Of a DNA stretch of 25,201 nt, positions 12,423 to 23,400 are shown piece after piece; position 1 is the first letter of the stretch, and each line of letters opens with the position of its first letter. Source of the stretch: Bugula neritina (taxonomy: Eukaryota; Animalia; Bryozoa); the NCBI GenBank assembly GCA_964035545.1, contig CAXIUT010000256.1, positions 1 to 25,201 on the forward strand. Reading direction: 5' to 3'. A program made the translations under genes and the position numbers. A model generated the notes under the pieces. It had not been told where the DNA came from. It did not search any database and saw nothing but the letters and a program-made list of their open reading frames with translations.

Positions 12423-15106
12423 ATGTCAAGAATAGCTGAAACACTTAAAGCATATACCTACAATCAAAACAGACCAGTTTTTACTGCTCATCCTCTCTCA
12501 GTCTATGATGCCTAAAGTAAGTAAACCCATCTGAAGTTTACTCTTAAAATCTATCGTAGGTCAGATGCTTAACTTTTTTCTTATCTTCAAAAGATGAAAG
12601 CAGCAGCTTCTTAATACATAGTTAAATTCTATGAGATAATTCATGAACCTGAATCAAATCAAATTCTTATCGTTCAGGAAGCAAACTCCCTATGGTACTC
12701 TTGCTTCTGCATTGAGTAAGCCTAAAAGATTAGAAGATTAAGATGCTTTGACTATTGTTAAGCAGATGTTAAATGGACATATTGACTTGTTGAGGAGTGG
12801 AACTTATTGGTCAGGAAATTAAGCAGATATTGATGTGACATAAAATGGTTTAAAACTTTCTTGGAATAATTCAATGGTATACTCAGAAAATAATCCTAAT
12901 CCTTTTCCTGAATTTATTGAGAAAATCAGTGTGAGAAAAAGTAAGGATGGACTTCTTCCTTTTCCAAATAACAAGATGATTCAAGATTTGATAAAGGTTT
13001 CAAGATAAAATGCATCATAAATGAGTTTACATCCTTTGTTGAAAAAGAAAGATAAAGTGTTTAAAAAGAAAGGAAAGAATTGGTTGGGCATTAAATAATA
13101 CAAAACTAAAGATAGTATGGAACTGAGTTATCCTATACTGCTATAAGTAGAGATCTAGGATTAGTGAGAGTCAAGGTTTTTGAAGCAGGAGAAGTAGATC
13201 AATAGTTAATAAAAGTATATCAAACAAAACCTGCTTTTACAAAGCTTCTTTCATATTATGATTAAAATCAAAGTTGGGTAACTATTAGTTAATATGCGAA
13301 TGATGGAAATGTTCAGAGTTATGTGAAGAGGTTGAAGACATCAGGGATAAAGCTGAATGAAAGTCAGATAGAATTTATCTTTTCAGTTTGATAGAACCAT
13401 TGAAGTATATTAACTCAACAAATATTCAATCATTTAACATGTTACATATCAAAAACGTGTATATCTACAATGGAATACCAAAACTAGGAGAAGTACCTCC
13501 TATAACTGAAGCCCTTAAAGATATGTTAATCGATAAAGCAGATGTTCCTGATTTCTATCATCGATCGTTCAAGGAACATCCTATGTCGAGAGATGCAAAA
13601 TATGATACATATTCTCTTGGAGTTCTTCTTTATAAATTGATGTATACTGAATATCCTATTTTTCCTTAAGGAAAGGTTCATATTCCTACGACTCCTAGTT
13701 ATAAAAAAACATTGAAAGAAACCATTGCTTTGTTTCTTGATCAAGGAGGAAATCTAACAGATCTTTAAAAATAATTGCAGGTTAGTGATGATATTAAAGA
13801 CAAAGTTAAATAAAATTAAAAGATTCTTAATTTTGGTGGTGGAGTTAAACAAGGAGGGACTTTTCTTCTTGAATAAGAAAGAAGAGAAGGTCAATACAAT
13901 GAAGAACTATCGATTGGATAATAATAAGAAAAAAGAGGTATGAAAGGAAATAGTGATGAATGTTGTGGAAAATTGTGTGCATGGCTCAATACTCGGGGCA
14001 AAGATACTTAAGGAACATACCGTCGTCTACAAAATTCTAACTTTTCTTTTTATCGAGAATGTACTGTAGCTATAAGTATCAGTCTTTTATATTTTTTAAC
14101 CTTCTTTTTGCCATACATCATAGGCTTCTACAACTTGATTAGCAATACTCAACTATTTTTTTCAACTTTTATAAACGTTCTAGGTCAAAATTATCGAATC
14201 ATAATACCAAACTATGATGCTTTTTAAAAGGCCTTTGCTGATTTAGGAACTATATCGAGTATTACTCAAGTTAGTGAAGGGCTAGGCTGTCTTATTGATA
14301 CTACAGGTATTTTAAATGATATATAGGTTCATATTATGCATTTTTCAAACCAACTTCTGCCCACTGGTATTCTTATCTCTTAGTTTCTTTTTTCACTTTT
14401 GGTATCTATGTCAATATTTAGTTATTATTATTGTTCTTAAAGGAATTCAGGCAGGAAAATTCTCTTTAATCAGGACATTATATCATCACTATGATGATAC
14501 TATTAATGGAGCTAATGAGGCCCGATTCGCTATAAGTTCTTATGTATTTTTCCAATTGTGGTACTTCATGAGTCTGTACTGTTTCTTTTGTTTGTTTAAT
14601 TTTATCTTTTTATAGCAAAGTTCTCCTTGTCTTGGAGGACAGAATTGGTCATCTTTGACTGAAACTTTGACTGAAGATCGTCTATAGGTAATTGTTTATT
14701 GATTTAGTTTTTGGTTAAATATGGAATTATAACTCTTTTGGTATTTTTAGTGGCAATTCTTTCTTGGCTTCAAATCATAAAATTTTACAAAAGAATTACT
14801 TACAATTCATTACTAAATCCAATATTTATTTTTACTCCTATCTATGTGGTATTCTTTATTTTGATAAGAATTGGAGCTTACAGTGCTTTTTCTCCAAGGT
14901 AATAAATCAAATAATATAGTTTGAACGATAATACAAGTGGTATAATTGGTAGTTCTTATGTAAACTTCATCGGTTATATACCATAGTTTATTTGGCTGGT
15001 ATAAATATTAATTGAAGTAATAATCGATGTGATCTTTTACAGATATATGGATAGCAAAATATAAACCTTTGTGCTGTCTCAAACTGCTGAAGACATCAAA
15101 AGTTGA
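12423..15106 (+). CDS. Tandem pseudokinase (two degenerate protein-kinase folds) fused to an approximately 6-TM C-terminal membrane domain, about 867 aa; introns 14307-14326, 14402-14421, 14688-14707, 14899-14919; apparent 1-nt frameshifts near 12680, 13060 and 13383
   Basis: Domain 1: FTLKIY, EYIVKFYEII...ILIVQE, YGTLASAL...EDALTIVKQMLNG. Domain 2: VRVKVF, ISEYANDGNV, LKYINS...LHIKNVYIYNGIPKLGE, KYDTYSLGVLLYKLMYTEYPIF. The frame continues without TGA into hydrophobic segments from about 14060 to 15040. Confidence 0.75.
14307..14326 (+). other. 20-nt spliceosomal intron
   Basis: GTATTTTAAATGATATATAG. Confidence 0.8.
14402..14421 (+). other. 20-nt spliceosomal intron
   Basis: GTATCTATGTCAATATTTAG; splicing gives a continuous TM segment SFFTFVIIIVL. 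Confidence 0.7.
14688..14707 (+). other. 20-nt spliceosomal intron
   Basis: GTAATTGTTTATTGATTTAG. Confidence 0.8.
14899..14919 (+). other. Probable 21-nt in-frame intron
   Basis: GTAATAAATCAAATAATATAG; AT-rich and consensus-like, but not required for frame. Confidence 0.55.
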
Positions 15107-15169
15107 TACATGAACATTTAATTTATACATCTTTAATAATTATTTTGTCATATTATATATATTATAAAA

Positions 15170-17965
15170 ATGTTGACAAGTTCCTCACTATTGAAGAAGA
15201 GCTCTTCGATTATGAATAAATAAAATTCAAACTGGAATGAAGAGTACAAATCATTGAAATAGTAAATATATCTATCTGACAAAGTAGCGAAATTTCTTGA
15301 TTGTTTAGATCATCATGCTGATCCTAAAAATAATTGTGAATACTAGAAATCATCATCTTCATCTTAATCATCAATGAGTCATATATGTCCAAATAAACAT
15401 ATCTAGCATGATTATTTTTGTAAGGGATTTTCTAAATTATAAATAAGTCAAAAACAAAGATTTCTTCTTAGGATTTACTCTTTATTAGAAGGATTTTAAA
15501 GTTTTTAACATATATATTCTAAATAATGTGGAGCAGTTAGATGTCAATTGAAGATAGCTACTTGTTTGATTTCTCAATGGTAATAAGTTGAAGTTAATTT
15601 AGATTACCAGCTGAAAATAGTTACGATAGTTGGGTAAAATGTTGATAAAAAAATAAATCTTTAATAATATTTACCTAGATGTTCTAAAAAATAAATATAT
15701 TTTATTACTTTTTAGTATGTTAGTCCTCTTTTGTTGAATAAAGAGTCGATTTAGTTGAGAAGTAGAAAATAGTAAGAACTTGCTTTTGTTGAGTTTTAAA
15801 GAAAAAATTTTGAAATATCAGCTAAAATTCATGCTGATAAGTTGATAAAACAACTAAAAAGACATAAATAGTTTGAGTAAAAAGTAAAAAAAAAGAAAAA
15901 TCTTTGATATTTTCTACTCCTTATTCCCAATAAATAACCAAAAAAACATCAAATCAAAATTTATAATAAATAATGATAAAAACTTAAAGTTATCTAGATA
16001 ATGATCTTTTAAGTATGATGCCTGCTAGTTCAGATCTAGAATAATTTATAACACTAAAATAAAATGAAAATCTAACAATTAAGATGAGTTCGATAAATAT
16101 TTATAATTATCATTGCAAAATAATACTATTTGATGGTTCTAAAAATATGAATGTTGATACTTTATTGTAGAAATACTAAAATAAACATGATATGGTTTTT
16201 AGATTAAATCTACTTGATTAGTCAGTTAAAAATTAACAATAAGATAGAGATCAATCTAAGATGGTTAGTTTTTATCAGAAGATAATATGGAATAATAAAA
16301 TATATAGTCAGATTTTGGTTGCTAAGGAAATTTCTTTTGGAAAAACAAATTTAAGAGGAGTATTCGATTTTTATAATATTGACAATTCTAAAAATATATC
16401 TTTGATATAAAAGATGAAAATAATTTTAAATTAAGTTAAATCTGATAAAATGGTTGTTAATATTTAGATATCTTTTAGTCCACAAAAATAGTTTAACCAA
16501 GAGACTTACATAAGTTACTTATAACATTTTCAAGATGTATTTAATGGTGATACAATCATATTTTCTAACTAATAAACTAAAACTAATAAAAGAGATTTAT
16601 ATTCAGTATTAAGACAAAAAATACCACCTTTGATTTATAGATAAAATTCATAAGATTAAAGATCAGGGTGATAATTTTGATTTATTTTAGAGTTAATCTG
16701 AAAAAGAGAAGAAATAGTATAATAGAATTTTCAGATAATCTTTGGAATAAGATAATTCTGATATTGATTATTTTTTAAGACATAAATATTTACTTTATCC
16801 TCCTTCTTAGAAAGTGGGTGTTCTTATGAAAGATCATTTTTTATGGAAGAATTGGAAAAGAGCTGAAGATGGAGGTCTTGTAGGTAGTAATTAAGAGTTA
16901 GTATAAAAACAAAAAAGCATTGCTAGAGTTGTTATTAAAAAATTTGGACAAAATATTCTTCAAGGTAAAAATATAATAAACTTCTCTTTACCTGTTGTTG
17001 TCTTCAAAAAAGAGTATTTATTTTATTATTTAGGAGTCATCTTGAATCAATTGCTAGAACCTATCTATACTCACCTGTATTTGTCGAAAAAGCTGCTTCA
17101 ATATCAGATCCTCTTGAGCGAATGAAATACTCAATAATAATAATGATGACTTAAAATGCTTTATCAATACACAACTAAAAACCATTTAACCCGATTCTTG
17201 GTGAGACGTATCAAGGTTGGATAGATGGGTGTCCTATTTATCTGGAACAAATAAGTCATCATCCTCCGATCTCAGCTTATTATCTTGTTGGTCGTGGTTA
17301 TAAGAAATATGGATCGATCGAGCCTCGGATTAATATTGGGTTGAATAAGGCTAGTGGGTATAGTTAAAATTCTCATTATATATAATTTGATGATGGAATG
17401 AAGATTTAGTATATATTGTCGAAAATTGTTATTGGGGGATTGCTTATTGGTGAAAGAACTTTTAAATTTTAAGGCAAAAGTAAATATTAAATAATATAGT
17501 TTATGCTTTTGATAGGAAACATCGATTTTTTGCTAGTATTAAATTTGGACCGATTTAATAAGGATTTTTTGGTTCATCGCCATAGCCTCAAGACTACTTT
17601 CATGGTACTATCTATGAGGTAAAACCTTAATTTTAGGCTTATTTTGATTAATAGATTCCTCGAAGATTTCCAGAGGAAAAACATCTGGTTAAATCGTTAG
17701 CTTCTTTGATGGAATATGGAATAGTTATGTAAATATGGACAATGAATAGGTTGTTAATTTTAAAAGTGATTTACCTTATGAATTTGATATATAAAAATAT
17801 CCTTTGCCTTCAGATTCAAGGTATAGAAATGATTTGAGAGAATTAATTTTGGGAGACCTTGAAAAAGCTCAAGAGTAGAAGGAGAGAATGGAAGAAGTTC
17901 AAAGAAATGATAGAAAATTAAGAGAATAATATTAAAAAAAGATGAAAGAATAAAAAAATAAATGA
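15170..17965 (+). CDS. Oxysterol-binding protein (OSBP/ORP) with long N-terminus (PH-like and possible START-like regions), about 918 aa; introns 17014-17033, 17480-17499; apparent frameshifts near 15890, 16635 and 17706
   Basis: Clear ORD motifs: NFSLPVVVF, KPFNPILGETYQG, EQISHHPPISAY, PLPSDSRYRND, AQEEKERMEEVQRNDRKLRE. Joining the N-terminal part (15170-16640) to the ORD requires two frame corrections and is inferred. Confidence 0.85.
17014..17033 (+). other. 20-nt spliceosomal intron
   Basis: GTATTTATTTTATTATTTAG; splicing restores the OSBP segment SLPVVVFKKESHLE. Confidence 0.9.
17480..17499 (+). other. 20-nt spliceosomal intron
   Basis: GTAAATATTAAATAATATAG; splicing restores FEGKIYAFD. 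Confidence 0.85.
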
Positions 17966-18083
17966 TTTATTTATTATTTAATCAAAATAGTATATATTTA
18001 GTTTAAAAATTATGACAAATAAAATAAAAATGACATTTTATGAAGAAAATATTGATAAAATTAATGTTTAATATGAGTCTAGA

Positions 18084-20323
18084 TCATTTATTTTCTTTGG
18101 ATTTTTCATTTTTTGTCTAAATCTAATTTTATTTTGAGGTGTCCTGTTTTTTTTATTGAGATTATTATGATTATTTGCTTTCTTTACTTTCTTTTTCTTT
18201 CTTGTTTTATTGTTATATCTCTTCAGTATTATCTTTTTCATCATAAGAAGTACAATTTTAACATTTAATCTATCTAGATTTTTTATCTTCTTTATCTTAT
18301 TTAGATTATCTCTTTTCTTATTAATTATTTTTATCTTTTTTCTATTCACTTTTATCCTATTAATCTATGGTCTTATTAGAATTATCATCAGCTATTTTAT
18401 TAAAATCTTTATTTTTTACTTATGATTCAACTTAAGAATTTTTCTTGTTATCCTCTTTTTTATTTTTATCGCTCTATTTATCATTAACATTGATATTTTA
18501 ATCTTTCTTCTAATCTTTCTTTTAATCTTTCTTTTCATTGTTCTTTTATTGTTTTAATTTATCTTATTTCTTTTCCCTTTTAACAGCATTTTATTTATTT
18601 TTAACATCTTTTATCAACTCATTTTTTTTATTCTTCGAATTATCTTTATCATTCTTACTCGTTTAAATTTATTTCTTGCTTTTCTTTTTACTTTATTAAG
18701 ATTTATTTTAATCTTTATTATTATTGATATTTTTATTTTTATTTTATTAATTTTTATTATCTTTAGAATCTTCTTTTTTTTTAGTTGGTTCTTTCTTTTC
18801 CTTTGATTTATTTTTGTTTTTTAGCTTTTCATTTTTTCCTTTATTGATTTTTGTCTTTTTTTACTATTTATTTTTGTCTTTATTTACTTTTTTATCTTTT
18901 TTTGTTTATTCTTTTTCTTATTTTTCAAGATTTTTTTGAATATCATCTTTTTTATTCTTTTCTGTTGAATTAGTTTTCAAAGTTTTCAAAGTTTATTCTT
19001 TCGTAGTTTATTATTTATCATTTTTAGTTTTGTTCAAGTCTTTTTTAATTTGCTTAAGAATTTTGTTTTATTTTGATTTTTCAACTTTATTATCCTTAGG
19101 CTTACTTGGATTTACATCTTTATTTTTCATCTTTTATGCTTTCTTAAGAGTACTCTAAAGTGTATTATTTGCCTATTTTTAATGGCTTTATTCTTTCTTA
19201 ACTTTAATTTTCTCTTTAATAGTTTTTTTATTTTACTTCTATTTCTTCATATCTTTAGTTTCTGTTCTTAATGTTTTATCTTTTAAATTATTTTAATCTA
19301 TTTTGTTCTCTGAAGCCTTAGAATTTTATTTCTTGTCAGCACCTTTATCATTGCTATCAATATTTTATTTCTTTGAATCTTTTTTAGATTTTTATTAATC
19401 TTTATTTTTTTTCTTATCATTTTGTACTTCTTTATCCTTACTATTTGACTTTTATAACTACTTTTTATCTTTTTTATCTTTTTGAGTTTATTTTTTTATT
19501 TATTGAGATGATTTCTCTCCTTTTTTCTTATTATTTTTATTCTTTTACTTTGTTTTTTATTCTTATTTTTGAGTTTATTATTTATCATCTTTCTTTTTAT
19601 TAAAATCATTTTTGATCTTTTAAAGAATCTTATTCTATTTAGATTTAACTTTATCATCTTTTGATTTAATTTTTTTATTACCTGATTAAATTAACTCTAA
19701 AATTTTAACCTTTTATGATTTCTTAAGATTGTTCTTTGCCTTTTTTTATTAAGCTTATTATTTCAAAGCTCTTGCTTTTTATAATCTTACTCTTTTCTTT
19801 ATTATTTTTTATTTTTATTTTTATGATTCTTTTTTCTCAACTTTTTTAACTTTATCCATTAGTTTCTTTTTGACAAGTTTTTATTTAACTTCTTTAGCCA
19901 TTTCTTTCTTTTGATTTTGTTTAGATTTAGATTTAAAATTTACTTTAGGACTAGATTTTTTGTCAGCTTTTTTCTTATCAACAGGTATGACTTATATATT
20001 ATTATCTTACTTATCTTCTTTTTTTGATTTTTTTAATTATTAAACTTTCCTCACTTTAACATTACTTGTTTTTTTCTTTTTTATTCTTTAACTTTTTAAC
20101 TATCTTTCTTTTAATTTTGTTTATTTGATTTATTTTTATCAGAAACATTTGATTTATTCTTTTTTTGATTTTTTTATCCTTTGAATAATTCAGATACGTA
20201 TAGTGGAAGATCACAATTTCTAGTTTATGAAGTTTTAGGATCAAGACAAGCTTCATAGTGAAAATATCCTAAGAGAGAGATAGCTCCTATAGCTGCTAGA
20301 ATGGGAATCAATTTATTCAGCAT
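18084..20323 (-). CDS. Signal-anchored, extremely Lys/Glu/Asn/Asp-rich low-complexity protein, about 746 aa; apparent frameshift near 20070
   Basis: Hydrophobic N-terminus MLNKLIPILAAIGAISLLGYFHY, then about 2 kb of strongly A-rich sense strand. The frame was checked at several points and ends ...KSKENK-TGA. Confidence 0.7.
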
Positions 20324-20507
20324 GACGAATCTTATCTCAATAAATCTTATTTAATAATTTATTTAAATCAAATAAATAAAGAATGATAATCATATTGATT
20401 CTAAATAATAAACGACAATAATTTGAGCAATTTTACTTGTATTCAAGAATTAAGATCAAAATGATTGAATTGTAATTTTATTATTCAAATAAAATAAGAT
20501 ATTTTGA

Positions 20508-23296
20508 ATGCGATCGTAAGTGATGGGCTAACATAGATAGTCTCAGATATTTCAACTATTCAAGAAGGACATGTAGCCTGATCAATCGAATAATCCTCAC
20601 TTGAATAAAAACATGGGTTCGATATTTAATCATCTCCATATAAAGGGGATTATTGAAAACAAGTTCAATAAATAAAAATTCGATAGAACATACTAATTTC
20701 CTGCTAACTACAAGGAGGCTAAAATTCATAAGGTAGCTTCTAAATATGGCTACGCTAACAAAAATTTAAAAAATGGTTAGGAGGTGCCTATTTGTCCATG
20801 TTGTTAAAATTATCCATCAACGATCGATATTCCTCTTTGCTATTCTACTCATCCTGGACCACCAGTTGAAGGCAATGATGTTTTTTTGTTGCATACTGGA
20901 GTATCGATGTATTTTAGTTTTATCAAAATGGTGCTTATTTATTTGGTTATTCGGTTTTTAATTGTTGATATTTATAATATCGTAGTTAGCGCCAATGGAC
21001 ATTATTGTTCTAGTTTGAGTGAATTTGCTAGCGAGTGTACATTTACTTTGTCTGGGTATAATCTTAAAAATGCTGAAGATCAGTCTAAAATCAATCCTTT
21101 GGCTATACTTAATTTGGTGTTGACTTTGGTATCGATTATTTACTTTTTGTTGTATAGGAAGGCGACGTTCAAGTTGCAGAGTTGGCTTGATTTCAATGAT
21201 ATAAGTCAGTAAGATTTTTCAATATTGATTGAAAACATACCATCTTTTCTCTTTCAAAAAGGTGCGACTAAAAATGATATCAGTTATAACCATGAGTTGA
21301 TTTTAAGAAATTTGATAGAGTAGAAAATAAAGAATTGGTTTGTTTAGTTGAATATATATCGGAATGAGGACTAGATAAGTGAGGGGATTGAAAAAGATTT
21401 TTGGAAGGTGCTTTATTCTAAAAGAAAGGATGAAATTAAGATGGATTAGATAGTGACAAGTATAACTTTATGTTATGATTTGACTCAATTATAAAACATC
21501 AATAAATTGAGAACCCAATTGATATAAGAATTTTAGGAGGATTAAGATTAAAGTATGGAAATATTTCAATAAACTGATAGATTGGAGCATATACCTAATC
21601 AAATAGAAGTTATTAATGAAGAATATATCAATACTTGTTACAAATTTGCAATAGACAACTCGCCTTCGTTCAATTTGTCTCATTTCACAGGAAAAGCATT
21701 GGTTTCATTTCAATATCAGCACTACCGTGACTATTTTTTGAGAGAATACTAAAGAAACAAATAATTTTTGAGAATCAATAAAAGAAATATAACGATTAGT
21801 CAGGCCAGTAAACCCAGCGATATATATTGGTTTAATATGAAGGTGACAGATAGCTAGCGTAGGAAAAATATCATATATTCTTATATTGTGCTATTGATGT
21901 TGCTGATAATATCGTTTGTATTGTTGCTGGCGTTGTAGTTTTGGAGAACATCGGCCAATGAATCATCAGTTAATACTTCATAGCTGAAAGATCAGGTTAT
22001 CAATAAGTTGGTTATCTTGTTTATGACTATTCTTGTCAATATTATCAACTATATGTTGAGTTATTCGATTGATTTGCTAACCAATGTTGAAAAGCATCTG
22101 ACAAAAACAAACAGATTGCGATCGCTGATCATCAAAACCATCATTACTCAGACTATCAATACCATGTTTATTTACTATGTGTTGTATTTGATATGGCCGA
22201 TCAATCCTTTAAGCGATTTCGGTCTGGTTAACAAGGTTATCAGTTTGGTGGTGATATCTGGATTCATCAGTGTAGCTTTATAGATATTTGTGCCTTTTAA
22301 ATATCTGAGTGATCTGATCAACAGCTACAGGTATAGTTAGGAAAAACCTATTAAACTCTTTCAGGTGCAACTCAATCATGCGATTCAGTTCCCCTAGTTC
22401 AACTTTGCTGTTCAATATGCATTCTATATCGTTTTTACTTATGTTGTTTGTTTTTATGGATTTGTTGCGCCAGTAACTGCTCCTATTCTTATTGTTATCT
22501 TTTTTATTATGTATTGGGTTGATAAGTATAATTTGTTGAGACGATTTGCATATCCTGTTGATCTAGGTCCTGGACTTAATAGAATGATCTTCCAGATCTT
22601 TTAGATTTCTATGTTTATGTCTGCTTTGGGGTTCTTTGTGTGGGATGGCAATGTTCACTTTGATTCTAATGGAACTTCTTAAGTGCTTAAGATAGTTAAT
22701 CTTGCCATTGCTACTATCTACATTGGAATATCTTTGATTGCTCCTCATAATATCGCTAAAAGATCTTTTTTTAGCAAGTTTAATTTTAACACCACCAATA
22801 TACTTCACTTCTTAGAGATAATAAGTTTAAAAAGACATATTATCGACAGAGTCCTGCTACTTCTTGTCTAAAATAAGCTAAAATTGGTTAAGTCAGTGAA
22901 AAAGTAGCTGTCTATCAACATGAAGCACCTGACCCAGTCTTTATTAAACCAAACTAATACGATAAATATCTGAATCTTGATCCTGAAACAGTCAAAATAG
23001 AACACTACAGTAAAGGATAAGTTGAGTACTATCAAATCGTGAATAACATCAGTTATGACTAGATAGCTGCCGGAATAGCTGGAGATCAAGGACTAGGAGG
23101 AATGTTTGCTCAAAATCAAGGAGGAAACAGGGTGAACCAAGGCGGTCAGCCAAATCCAATGAACAATCCGATGGGAAACATGATGGGCAATCCTAATTCA
23201 ATGGGCAGCATGGGAAATCCTAACTCGATGGGCAATCCTAACCAAATGGGCATGGGCAATAACAACATGAATCAAGGGAATCCATTTGGTTTTTGA
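20508..23296 (+). CDS. CSC1/OSCA/TMEM63-family calcium-permeable stress-gated channel-like protein, about 929 aa; apparent frameshift near 22760
   Basis: ICPCC, TGVSMYFSFIK, DFSILIENIP, FTGKALVSF, ASKPSDIYWFNM (cf. APEPxDIxWxNL), PEFNFAVQY, YWVDKYNLLRR and multiple TM segments; ends in an M/G/N/P/Q-rich tail. Confidence 0.85.
23144..23293 (+). repeat. Degenerate coding tandem repeat (MGNPNS/MGNPNQ units)
   Basis: ATGGGCAATCCTAATTCA / ATGGGAAATCCTAACTCG / ATGGGCAATCCTAACCAA. Confidence 0.75.
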
Positions 23297-23400
23297 TCAT
23301 GAAAAACAATCTTCATTATTTTTATTGAATAATAGCATTCATTATTTTATCATTGCTAAAGTCAAATTATAACAGTACATTAATTAATTGATTTAGCAAG

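Noticed and set aside
12695-12716. 22-nt GTAC...GAG intron to explain the +1 frameshift
   Set aside because: It is relatively GC-rich, has an atypical GAG acceptor and would delete the kinase-like YGTLASAL segment; not fully excluded.
13386-13405. 20-nt GTTT...AAG intron to explain the -1 frameshift
   Set aside because: Donor and acceptor are unlike the GTA...TAG pattern, and it would remove part of helix alphaE (LIEPLK); not fully excluded.
16668-16690. 23-nt GTGA...TTAG candidate intron in the OSBP gene
   Set aside because: It does not by itself connect the upstream frame to the ORD frame, and the segment reads naturally as DQGDNFDLFE.
12423-17965. Calling the frameshifted genes pseudogenes
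   Set aside because: Motifs and introns are intact and there are no independent nonsense TGAs; homopolymer indels explain the breaks better.
18084-20200. T-rich stretch as non-coding satellite, IES or centromere-like DNA
   Set aside because: There is no fixed repeat unit, and the minus strand keeps a consistent K/E-rich reading frame with a signal anchor.
20516-20536. 21-nt GTAAGT...CTAACATAG candidate intron
   Set aside because: It is in frame, stop-free and not needed; it cannot be supported without RNA data.
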